Of a DNA stretch of 64,000 nt, positions 42,483-51,152 are shown in pieces. The stretch is taken from assembly GCA_041571435.1 (NCBI GenBank), contig JBFFUI010000002.1, forward strand, positions 32,001 through 96,000. The letters run 5' to 3'. A model generated the notes under the pieces. It was given only the letters and a program-made list of their open reading frames with translations. It did no database searches and had not been told where the DNA came from. The DNA is from Sulfurimonadaceae bacterium. GTDB lineage: Bacteria > Campylobacterota > Campylobacteria > Campylobacterales > Sulfurimonadaceae. The position numbers and the translations under genes are program-made. How positions within the stretch are numbered: position 1 is the stretch's first letter; every line of letters begins with the position of its first letter.

Positions 42483-42857
42483 ATGTCAAAAAATTTAATA
42501 ATATTGGCTGTCGATGATGATATGATCAACTTGAAACTTCTCAAGTCGATGCTGATGAAAATAGATGACATCGCTGAAGTCATCGAAGCCAAAAACGGTG
42601 CAGATGCTATTGATGTTCTAAAACAACGACATGATATAGACATGATTTTACTCGATATCATCATGCCGGTCATGGGCGGTCTGGAGATGCTACAAATCGT
42701 GCGGGCGGATGAAAACCTCAAGCAGCTTCCGATCATCGTCTTGACGACAGATGAGACTAAAAAGACTGAAGCACTTGAAAAAGGTGCAAACGGCTTCCTC
42801 ATGAAACCGGTTCGCGCAGCTGACGTGGCAGAAAAGATCGCAACGCTCGCTCTATAA
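42483..42857 (+). CDS. Single-domain response regulator (CheY-like)
   Basis: AVDDD, LLDIIMP, T and KP residues; no output domain. Confidence 0.92.
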   Translation: MSKNLIILAVDDDMINLKLLKSMLMKIDDIAEVIEAKNGADAIDVLKQRHDIDMILLDIIMPVMGGLEMLQIVRADENLKQLPIIVLTTDETKKTEALEKGANGFLMKPVRAADVAEKIATLAL

Positions 42858-42863
42858 TCCGCT

Positions 42864-42885
42864 TCTTGCAGCATATGCTGCAAGA
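42864..42885 (+). terminator. Perfect 22-bp palindrome after the phosphorelay operon
   Basis: tcttgcagcatatgctgcaaga; weak U-tract. Confidence 0.55.
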
Positions 42886-43106
42886 CCCCCTTCTATCTAC
42901 ATTCTTAAATTCGAAATTTTATTTCTATTATCGTTAAGATATCCCATTCGATGGGTAAATAGAGCTGCCAGCTTGTTAAACCTTGACATATCATATGAAC
43001 TGAATATCATTAACTGTTGACTGTATAAAGAAGAGCTATTTGATGAACGCCACTCTCATGACTGGAGCGGCTTGAAGAGAAGGGACATATACTGAAAGAG
43101 CGATCA

Positions 43107-45527
43107 CTAGACCAGCATTTTTGACATTACTTCCTCGATTCTTGAGACAGGTGTAATGACAAGTGCCTCTTTGACTTCATCCGGAATCTCATCAAGATCG
43201 CGTTCGTAGTTTTTCTGAGGAATAATAACCTCCTTCATACCAGCCTTGTGCGCTGCGATCAGTTTCTCTTTCAGACCGCCGATCGGCATGACGACACCCG
43301 TTAATGAGACCTCACCGGTCATTGCGATATCAGAACGAATCTTTTTGCCGCTAAGGATCGAAGCGATCGTTGTACACATCGCAATTCCTGCGCTAGGACC
43401 GTCTTTAGGCGTTGCACCGTCCGGAACATGGATGTGGAGGTCATAACGCTTATAGACCTCGCTGCTGTCCACTGACAGCTTCTCTTCGATCTCTTTGGCA
43501 CTTAAAGGAAGTTGGTTTTTATCGATGACAAGTTTCTTCGTATCGATCAGTGTTTTAACCACACTCATCGCGATACGCGCCGACTCTTTCATCACATCGC
43601 CGAGACTACCCGTCAGCTGGAACGTCCCTTTTCCTTTAATACGGATGCTCTCTATTTTAAGCACATCTCCGCCGACAGCCGTCCAGGCAAGACCATTGAC
43701 AACTCCTACCCTGTCAATGTTGTCCGTTTTGTCGATCTCGAACACCGTTTTGTCTAAAAACTGTTTAAGGTTTTTCAGTGATATAGTGACTTTGCTTTTG
43801 TTCGGATTTTCCAAAATGATCTTGGCCGCTTTGCGTGTCACATCAGCAATACGCCGACGTAGATTACGGACACCCGCTTCTCGGGTATAGCTCGCGATTA
43901 TCTCTTTGAGCGCCGGTTTGGAGATAGAGAGTTCCGATGATTTCAACGCGTGTTTTTTCAGCTCTTGCGGCAGAAGATAGCGTTTGGCAATCTCATATTT
44001 CTCTTGAGGCGTATAGGAACTGACACCGATAAACTCCATACGATCGCGCAGTGGTGCAGGAATACGACCGACATCATTGGCTGTCGCAATGAAAATAACA
44101 TTACTGAGATCGATGTTGAAGTTGGTGTAGTAGTCTCTGAACGCACTGTTCTGTTCAGGGTCAAGAATCTCCAGCAGTACCGCTGTCGGATCCCCACGTC
44201 CTGAACGTCCTACCTTGTCGATCTCATCGAGGACGATAATAGGATTCATCTTCTTGGCATCAATTAGCCCCTGCACAATACGGCCCGGCATCGCACCGAT
44301 ATAGGTACGACGATGACCGCGAAGTTCATTGACATCTTCGAGACCGCCCAAAGCAATACGGATAAGCGGACGCTTCAGAGCCGTAGCGATAGAGTTGGCT
44401 AATGAAGTCTTACCCACGCCTGGAGGGCCTGCGAAGCAGAGAATCGCCCCGGCCTGTTTGCCCTCTTTTTTACCGCGAAGTTCCAACAGCTCTTTTACAG
44501 AAAAATACTCAGCGATCCGTTCTTTCGGCTTCTTGAGCGAGAAGTGGTCTTTGTCCAACTGCTTTTCCACCTCTAGTATATCCGTCTTCTTCTTTGCAAG
44601 GTCGCCAAACGGTATTTCAAGGACCCATTCAAGATAGCTTTGAATCATACCTGCGTCTGCAGAATCGGGATGCATTCTCGAAAAGCGCTCTAACTGTTTA
44701 TTGATCTCTTTGTAGACATCTTCGCCCATCTTGGACTTTTTGGCTTCGAGCTTTTTACGGTACTCCTCAATCTCTTCGTCACGTTGATTGTCCGTCCCAA
44801 GCTCTTTTTGGATCTGCTTCAGCTGCTCTTTTAAAAAGTACTCTTTATTGACCTTCTCGATACGGTCCTGTACTTTGGAACGGATCTCTTTTTGAAGTTT
44901 ATTTGCCTCAATCTCACTGACAAGGATGTCGATCAGCATCAGAAAACGCTTCTCTATGTCCGCTTCGATAAAAAGCTTATAGGCCTCATCTTTTTTCATC
45001 TTTATAGTGCTGCAGATAAGATCGGCAATACGGTTATGCTCATGGTTCTCTTCGATCGTACGCAAAAGGTCCGGCGGGAAATAGCCGCTGACCTGTGACA
45101 GTGTACGCACTTTTTCACGTACCACTTCAATGATGGCATCCATCTTCAATTCGTTTGCCTCAAGCGGCTCTATATTATCTACCGTCGCATGAAGAATCGG
45201 TTCTGTCGTCAACGGCGTCACTATACGGCCGCGTGCCAGACCCTGAAAAAGAACTTTGACACGCCCATCTGGAAGTGCCACCTTACGCATGATCGAGCCT
45301 ATCACACCTGCATCGTAGATTGCATCAAAGTCACGTTCGCCTTCATGCTCATCTTTCGTGGGACAGACAATCACCAGTGAATCGTTCTCAATGGCTTCGG
45401 TTGCCGCTGCAATATTTTTCTCATCGCTCAAAAACAGCGGTGAGATCATAAAAGGGTATAAAAAGATATCATCTTCGGCAATAACGGGTAAATCTGTTGG
45501 AAAATTATCATAGCTGTCTAGTTGCAT
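43107..45527 (-). CDS. lon: ATP-dependent protease La
   Basis: GPPGVGKTS, LDEIDK and PKDGPSAG motifs. Confidence 0.98.
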   Translation of the reverse strand: MQLDSYDNFPTDLPVIAEDDIFLYPFMISPLFLSDEKNIAAATEAIENDSLVIVCPTKDEHEGERDFDAIYDAGVIGSIMRKVALPDGRVKVLFQGLARGRIVTPLTTEPILHATVDNIEPLEANELKMDAIIEVVREKVRTLSQVSGYFPPDLLRTIEENHEHNRIADLICSTIKMKKDEAYKLFIEADIEKRFLMLIDILVSEIEANKLQKEIRSKVQDRIEKVNKEYFLKEQLKQIQKELGTDNQRDEEIEEYRKKLEAKKSKMGEDVYKEINKQLERFSRMHPDSADAGMIQSYLEWVLEIPFGDLAKKKTDILEVEKQLDKDHFSLKKPKERIAEYFSVKELLELRGKKEGKQAGAILCFAGPPGVGKTSLANSIATALKRPLIRIALGGLEDVNELRGHRRTYIGAMPGRIVQGLIDAKKMNPIIVLDEIDKVGRSGRGDPTAVLLEILDPEQNSAFRDYYTNFNIDLSNVIFIATANDVGRIPAPLRDRMEFIGVSSYTPQEKYEIAKRYLLPQELKKHALKSSELSISKPALKEIIASYTREAGVRNLRRRIADVTRKAAKIILENPNKSKVTISLKNLKQFLDKTVFEIDKTDNIDRVGVVNGLAWTAVGGDVLKIESIRIKGKGTFQLTGSLGDVMKESARIAMSVVKTLIDTKKLVIDKNQLPLSAKEIEEKLSVDSSEVYKRYDLHIHVPDGATPKDGPSAGIAMCTTIASILSGKKIRSDIAMTGEVSLTGVVMPIGGLKEKLIAAHKAGMKEVIIPQKNYERDLDEIPDEVKEALVITPVSRIEEVMSKMLV

Positions 45528-45788
45528 TAAAACTCCTGATTTATATAGTATTCGGTATCTCTATCTCCCTTTTTGATCAATAAGGATATGAGAGATGTTT
45601 TTGTATTTTGTACGAAAGGTGTATTGATACGTTAATAATAGCAAAACACCCTGTAAAACAGTTTGCATTTTGTATTCTATAGGTTATGACTGAAGTTTAC
45701 CCGGCTAATAAAAAAGCACAGATAATTTATAATCTAAAATTTAACATCCGTTGGTACCCGGGTTAAACGCACACTGTGACTCTACTTC

Positions 45789-46529
45789 TTACTCTCTGCT
45801 TTCTCTCTCTATGACTTTGACCTGTCCTTGACTGTTACGCGAAACAACACTTTGTGTATCCGGTATCATAAACGCGTACCAGCTTTCTGTACCGTCACCT
45901 TCAAAGATCTCTTTGTACCAGGCGATATCGGCTTTTTCGACATCATCCCAGTTAACCCAGTCCTCTCTGCGCACATTACGGTAGTGCTCGGCACCCATAG
46001 GTTTGTCAAGGCGTTCATACAAAAGTGCTATGCTCTCATTTAGACTGGCACGAGCCAAGACCAGCCGCGTCACCATCGTATCTACGATAGGATAATAGAT
46101 AGAGTGCGGGTACTTTGTCTTAAAATTGTTACCGGCCATAATAGCCTCGTTGATCAGCCCCTGATCGCGACGCGGGTTTGGCAGGGCCATATATTTTGCT
46201 TTTATTTTGAGATACTCGCTGTACTCCAGTTCACCCGGTGTTGCATAACGCTTGATGTACTCGTTTAAAAAGTGTTCAGCGAGCAGATACTCTTCATACT
46301 GCAGATGTGACTGGGCCATGATCATTGTCGCCTCAGGCAACAGCGGTGAACCGATATGCTCACTCTGGAGAGAGCTGTAGTAATTGTCTGCTTTGTCAAG
46401 ATTGCCCTCGGAGACCGACTCGATCATCCGTTTGTACCAATACGCCGCAGGTTTGTTGTACTCTTCAACATCTTTGCTGCAACCCGTCAGGAAAAGAAGA
46501 AATGCTGCCAATAGAAAAATCTGTCTCAT
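45789..46529 (-). CDS. bamD: Outer-membrane protein assembly lipoprotein BamD
   Basis: LTGC lipobox, TPR-like helices, RDQ motif; located upstream of lon as in Campylobacter. Confidence 0.85.
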   Translation of the reverse strand: MRQIFLLAAFLLFLTGCSKDVEEYNKPAAYWYKRMIESVSEGNLDKADNYYSSLQSEHIGSPLLPEATMIMAQSHLQYEEYLLAEHFLNEYIKRYATPGELEYSEYLKIKAKYMALPNPRRDQGLINEAIMAGNNFKTKYPHSIYYPIVDTMVTRLVLARASLNESIALLYERLDKPMGAEHYRNVRREDWVNWDDVEKADIAWYKEIFEGDGTESWYAFMIPDTQSVVSRNSQGQVKVIERESRE

Positions 46530-46698
46530 ATACTCTCAATACTCAATGATAAAGTCCCTGATCCACGTCAGTATCAGGGGCTCTTTTTATTAAAAAACTT
46601 ATTTTATCGAAGATGTGGTTAATCGAGCGTACTATTGTCATATTATCGCGCTTTTCAATCATTTGGCGATATACTTAAACAAAAAAAAGGTGACCAGC

Positions 46699-48498
46699 TT
46701 GATAGAGCCAAAAGATCTTGAGAAGTTCAAACGTCTTGGTGTTCAAAGCATAACTGCGCTTGCGACTATCGCACCGACTGCTTATGAAGACAAACGCATC
46801 CACTCCAAGATGCTCATGGACAAGATGCAGGTTGTCGATGCCACGGTTGAACAGATATCACGCTCACCTAAACGTACAGTTGTCACACTTTTTGCCCATA
46901 ATTTCAACCACCGTATCGAAGCGGTACTTTTCAATCCCAAACCCTATCTTCTCAGGCATTTTGTCATTGGCGAACAGAGCTTTTTTTATGGCAAGATCAA
47001 CTGCAGCAGCGGGCACTGCCAGATGACCCATCCACTCAAGATCGACCAAATAGGCACCATCATCCCTAAATACAAAACAGCGCTTAGAGCCGATGTTATG
47101 CGCCGCCTCATCGAACGCTACATTAACAGTGACAACCTGAGAGCAGAAGGGCTCCCCGATGCTGTCATCAATATCCTTCTGAGCATTCATTTTCCGTCAT
47201 CGGAACAGGGGTCGAGACTCTCACCACATCAGGTTCAGGCACTGAAGTTTGCCGAACTCTACGACTATATGAAAGTGCTTGGCAACAAAAGGCGCTACTT
47301 CCCAGCCCTGCATCAGCTTACCGGGAACTGGCAGGAGTGGGCAGAGCGGCTCCCTTTCACTCTGACTAACGAGCAGGTCGATGCTATTGAAGCGATCCAA
47401 CATGACCTGAGAAAAGAGGTATCGGCCAAGCGTATGGTGGTCGGCGATGTCGGTTCCGGAAAGACTATGGTCATCCTGGCTTCGGCACTAATGGCACAGC
47501 CTCACCGTGCTATCTTGATGGCACCGACAACCATCCTGGCAAACCAGCTGTTTGAAGAGGCGCAGAAACATCTGCCTCACCTTAATAGCGTTCTTGTGCA
47601 AAACAGTACCAACAATACTCTTGACCTCGCCCAATATGACTTTATCATCGGTACCCATGCCCTGCTCTATCGCGAACTGCCGCCCAGCGGGCTCATCATG
47701 ATCGACGAACAACACCGTTTTGGCACCGCACAGCGAAAACTTTTGGAACAACTCCTTACCAAAGGTGACAAACGGCCCCATTTTATACAGTTCTCGGCGA
47801 CACCAATACCGCGTACCCAAGCGATGATCGACTCTGCCCATATTGATGTCAGTCTCATAACGCAGACCCCATTTGAAAAAGATATCGATACCTCTGTTAT
47901 CCACAAGAGTGATTTTCCTGAGCTGTTGAAAAAGATAGAAGAGGAGCTCGCATTAAAGCACCAGGTCCTCATCATCTATCCCCTTGTTGAACAGAGCGAT
48001 GCTTTGGCCTATCAGAGTATCGATGAGGCACGTACATATTGGGAAAAACGGTTCAGTAATGTCTATGTGACCCATGGCAAGGATAAGAACAAAGAAGCAG
48101 TGTTGGCTGAATATAGAGAAAGAGGCAATATACTGCTGGCTACGACAGTCGTCGAAGTCGGCATCTCCCTCCCACAACTTACCACGATCGTCATTGTAGG
48201 TGCTGAGCGTCTAGGCCTCTCCACTCTTCATCAACTGCGCGGACGCGTCAGCCGTAATGGTCTCAAGGGCTACTGCTATCTCTATACCAATATGCCCAAA
48301 AGCGAACGTCTTGATGCCTTTGTCAAAACAGACAACGGCTTCGATATCGCGGCACTTGATCTGAAGTTTAGAAAAAGCGGTGACCTGCTTGTCGGTAAAA
48401 TACAGAGCGGCGACAAGTTCAGATGGGTAGACATGGGTGAAGATGAAGCTATTGTTCAAAAGGTGATGATGACTTTACATACAAGCGAAAGTGCATAA
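46699..48498 (+). CDS. recG: ATP-dependent DNA helicase RecG
   Basis: GDVGSGKT, IDEQHRFG, SATPIPRT and HQLRGRV motifs. Start uncertain (TTG 46699 or GTG 46690; ORF open from 46615). Confidence 0.93.
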   Translation: MIEPKDLEKFKRLGVQSITALATIAPTAYEDKRIHSKMLMDKMQVVDATVEQISRSPKRTVVTLFAHNFNHRIEAVLFNPKPYLLRHFVIGEQSFFYGKINCSSGHCQMTHPLKIDQIGTIIPKYKTALRADVMRRLIERYINSDNLRAEGLPDAVINILLSIHFPSSEQGSRLSPHQVQALKFAELYDYMKVLGNKRRYFPALHQLTGNWQEWAERLPFTLTNEQVDAIEAIQHDLRKEVSAKRMVVGDVGSGKTMVILASALMAQPHRAILMAPTTILANQLFEEAQKHLPHLNSVLVQNSTNNTLDLAQYDFIIGTHALLYRELPPSGLIMIDEQHRFGTAQRKLLEQLLTKGDKRPHFIQFSATPIPRTQAMIDSAHIDVSLITQTPFEKDIDTSVIHKSDFPELLKKIEEELALKHQVLIIYPLVEQSDALAYQSIDEARTYWEKRFSNVYVTHGKDKNKEAVLAEYRERGNILLATTVVEVGISLPQLTTIVIVGAERLGLSTLHQLRGRVSRNGLKGYCYLYTNMPKSERLDAFVKTDNGFDIAALDLKFRKSGDLLVGKIQSGDKFRWVDMGEDEAIVQKVMMTLHTSESA

Positions 48499-48548
48499 CC
48501 TGTTTATCCTGTGCTATAATAATTGTAATCACGCAAAAAGGAAAGTCC

Positions 48549-49082
48549 ATGAATGTCTCAATAACCGGTCGCCAGATCGAACTTACCGAATCTATCAAAG
48601 AGTATGTCAATGCTTCATTAACTTCGATGGAAAAATACAACCTAGACATTATTTCCGCCAATGTCGTCATCGCTAAACAAGAGCGTCATCGCGGTATTTC
48701 ACTTGAATACACCATTAACATTGCAGGAAAGAATACGGTCATCATCAAGCAAAAAGATGACGACCTCTACGCCGCAGCCGATCTTGCCACGGACCGTGCA
48801 CAAAAAGCCCTGCGCCGTCTCAGCAGTAAGATCAACGACCACCGCAATGAAACTCTTAACGAAGCTAAAAACGGTGCCATCAACGTTGACATGCAGAGTG
48901 CCAAAGAGGGGGTCGAGGATGAGATCATACCCCACGAGCTGGACCTTTATAAGCCCCGTGAAGTTGCCGATGTACTCGACGATCTTAAAGAAAGCAACAA
49001 ACAGTTTGAGATCTTTCTAGATATCGAGGGGAAGACACGCGTACTTTACAAACGTAATGACGGGAAGTTTGGGCTCTACTAA
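48549..49082 (+). CDS. hpf: Ribosome hibernation promoting factor (long HPF)
   Basis: ITGRQIELTE, DLYAAAD, C-terminal VLYKRNDGKFGL; TGcTATAAT promoter at 48512-48520. Confidence 0.92.
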   Translation: MNVSITGRQIELTESIKEYVNASLTSMEKYNLDIISANVVIAKQERHRGISLEYTINIAGKNTVIIKQKDDDLYAAADLATDRAQKALRRLSSKINDHRNETLNEAKNGAINVDMQSAKEGVEDEIIPHELDLYKPREVADVLDDLKESNKQFEIFLDIEGKTRVLYKRNDGKFGLY

Positions 49083-49151
49083 GCGTTAATGAGGACGGAT
49101 TACACGATTAGTCGTGCATCCTGATATATCTTTACAGAGGGTTGAATCGTT

Positions 49152-49622
49152 TTACAGTTTTTGCAGTGTTCTACGGTGATAACGGATCGGTTCACTTAAG
49201 TTCAGACTTGCATTATCGGAAACGTACACATCGATCAGCATTGAACCGTTGGATTCAGGCGTTAGGATATTTGGTATATAGACAGCGCAATCTCCTCCTG
49301 CAGTGGCCAGTGGCCCAAAACCTATATACTGAACGGTAACATTGATATCAAATATCGGGTTTACGGCATCAGGGTAAACAGCCGTAAAACCGTTCATACA
49401 GTCTCCTCCAGAACGGTCAAACCCTGAAACCCGTAATAATGCATATTCTACAGCACTTTTGGCAAGCAGTTGTGCCTGCTCATTCACATAGACATTGGTT
49501 GTACGTTTTGCGGTCTCGGTTGTCGATGACAACATATATGATAGCAGTGTAGCGATCAGAATCATGAAGAAGATCGCCATGATCATGGCAAAGCCATTAC
49601 GTTTAGGTTGATAAGTTCGCAT
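49152..49622 (-). CDS. MshP/PilX-like pilus assembly protein
   Basis: KRNGFAMIMAIFF prepilin-like N-terminus lacking E5; QAQLLAKSAVEYA. Confidence 0.7.
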   Translation of the reverse strand: MRTYQPKRNGFAMIMAIFFMILIATLLSYMLSSTTETAKRTTNVYVNEQAQLLAKSAVEYALLRVSGFDRSGGDCMNGFTAVYPDAVNPIFDINVTVQYIGFGPLATAGGDCAVYIPNILTPESNGSMLIDVYVSDNASLNLSEPIRYHRRTLQKL

Positions 49623-50467
49623 TAGAACACCACCTTTTCTTTACAGATAGAGTATTCACCGACACCGGTCACGTTGTTGTCACCTACACAGACCTGAATA
49701 ATCATTATATCACCCATAGGCGTAAATTTAAAGCTGGTAACATCGTCTGAGATGAGCGATTGGGTTCTCTCGCTCGGGACACTGATCTGATCTCCAGACC
49801 AAGGTTGATAGTCATGATAAAGAAAGAGATTTCGCCCTTCCAGGCTCACAGCATATGCTGTTTTGGCAAGTTGATAATATTCATAAACATCGACGTTCGT
49901 AAAGTTACCATCAGTCGTAGTTAAAATATTAGCTGTCGTAATAGTAATCGGATGCATCGCGACACCGACTTGTGTTCCAATATCAGTACCGTCCCAACCA
50001 AAGGCGCTACTGTTAAGGTCGACATTACTACCAATAAAGAAAATTGCCATGTCATCTGCTGATGTACTTGTACCTTGACTGACCAATGCCGTTGGAGTAG
50101 ATGCTGTCAAATCTATAAAACCACTCCATTCAGGTAATGTGGAGCCAGCGGTAGAACCACGCCATCCATCAACATCCATGCTGATCCACTCTAAAACATT
50201 TCTGGTCGCACTAGTTGCATCAGCGATTGGTATAATAATGTTACTGCCGACATTCGTTCGCGAAATAGTTGAATCTTTGATGCGATACTGCAAACGGTTG
50301 GCAATCAGTTTTACTGCTGATTCACTCTGGTTTTCCAGACGATTAAAGGTGTTGGAGTAGACATAATTCTCATATATCTTATATAAAAGATCCGCTCCGA
50401 ATTTGGACAATATTCCAAAGATAACAATAACAAAGACGAGTTCGAGTAGTGTAAATCCCTTACGCAT
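49622..50467 (-). CDS. Type IV minor pilin (MshO-like)
   Basis: MRKGFTLLELVFVIVIFG class III signal peptide; C-terminal Cys pair. Confidence 0.8.
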   Translation of the reverse strand: MRKGFTLLELVFVIVIFGILSKFGADLLYKIYENYVYSNTFNRLENQSESAVKLIANRLQYRIKDSTISRTNVGSNIIIPIADATSATRNVLEWISMDVDGWRGSTAGSTLPEWSGFIDLTASTPTALVSQGTSTSADDMAIFFIGSNVDLNSSAFGWDGTDIGTQVGVAMHPITITTANILTTTDGNFTNVDVYEYYQLAKTAYAVSLEGRNLFLYHDYQPWSGDQISVPSERTQSLISDDVTSFKFTPMGDIMIIQVCVGDNNVTGVGEYSICKEKVVF

Positions 50468-51117
50468 TAAAATCTCCTCTTGGCAAAGTCAATCTCACCG
50501 ATGTTACAGGTATAAGCCCGTAATCTTGCGATGACCTCATTGACACCATCTACCGTTGCGTTGATTTCAACCTGTGTCATCTTCATATTGCTTTGCACTC
50601 CCGGTGCCCCTGCCGTAAAGACGAATGGGGTCGCAAAAGTGTCCGGTACATACTGTCTTTTTGCTGTAATAGTAAAACTTCTTTTATATCCAGCACTGTC
50701 AGCAATAGAATTACTGATATCATGAGCCAAGGTTGTCACCGCATTGTCAGGTAATGCCGGATAGTGCGAAGGATCTGTGGCATTATATTCAAAAAAGCTT
50801 CGGTGCAGATCCTCATTGAGGCCTCCAACGCGAATCGAACTGTTGACATCGGTTCGTCCATAGGTAGATCCTACTGCCCCGACATCAAGTATTTTACTTA
50901 ATGACACTGCCGTAGCTGTCCCTTCCAAGGAGTTATCATCCCAAATGAGTGTCGTTGTCTCTGACAAAACAGCCGACACCAGGAAGATCGCTTCTTGCGC
51001 GGCACTAACTTCTAGTGCTTTGTTGTTGACCTGTATCATCATCGGTATTGTCAGCATGACAACAGCAATAACGACAATGGCGAAAATAAGTTCAATCATT
51101 GTAAACGCACGTCGCAT
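50467..51117 (-). CDS. Type IV minor pilin (MshD-like)
   Basis: MRRAFTMIELIFAIVV prepilin motif from ATG 51117. Confidence 0.8.
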   Translation of the reverse strand: MRRAFTMIELIFAIVVIAVVMLTIPMMIQVNNKALEVSAAQEAIFLVSAVLSETTTLIWDDNSLEGTATAVSLSKILDVGAVGSTYGRTDVNSSIRVGGLNEDLHRSFFEYNATDPSHYPALPDNAVTTLAHDISNSIADSAGYKRSFTITAKRQYVPDTFATPFVFTAGAPGVQSNMKMTQVEINATVDGVNEVIARLRAYTCNIGEIDFAKRRF

Positions 51118-51152
51118 CAAACGTCGGGCGTTATTTGCTAGAGTTCGACCTC

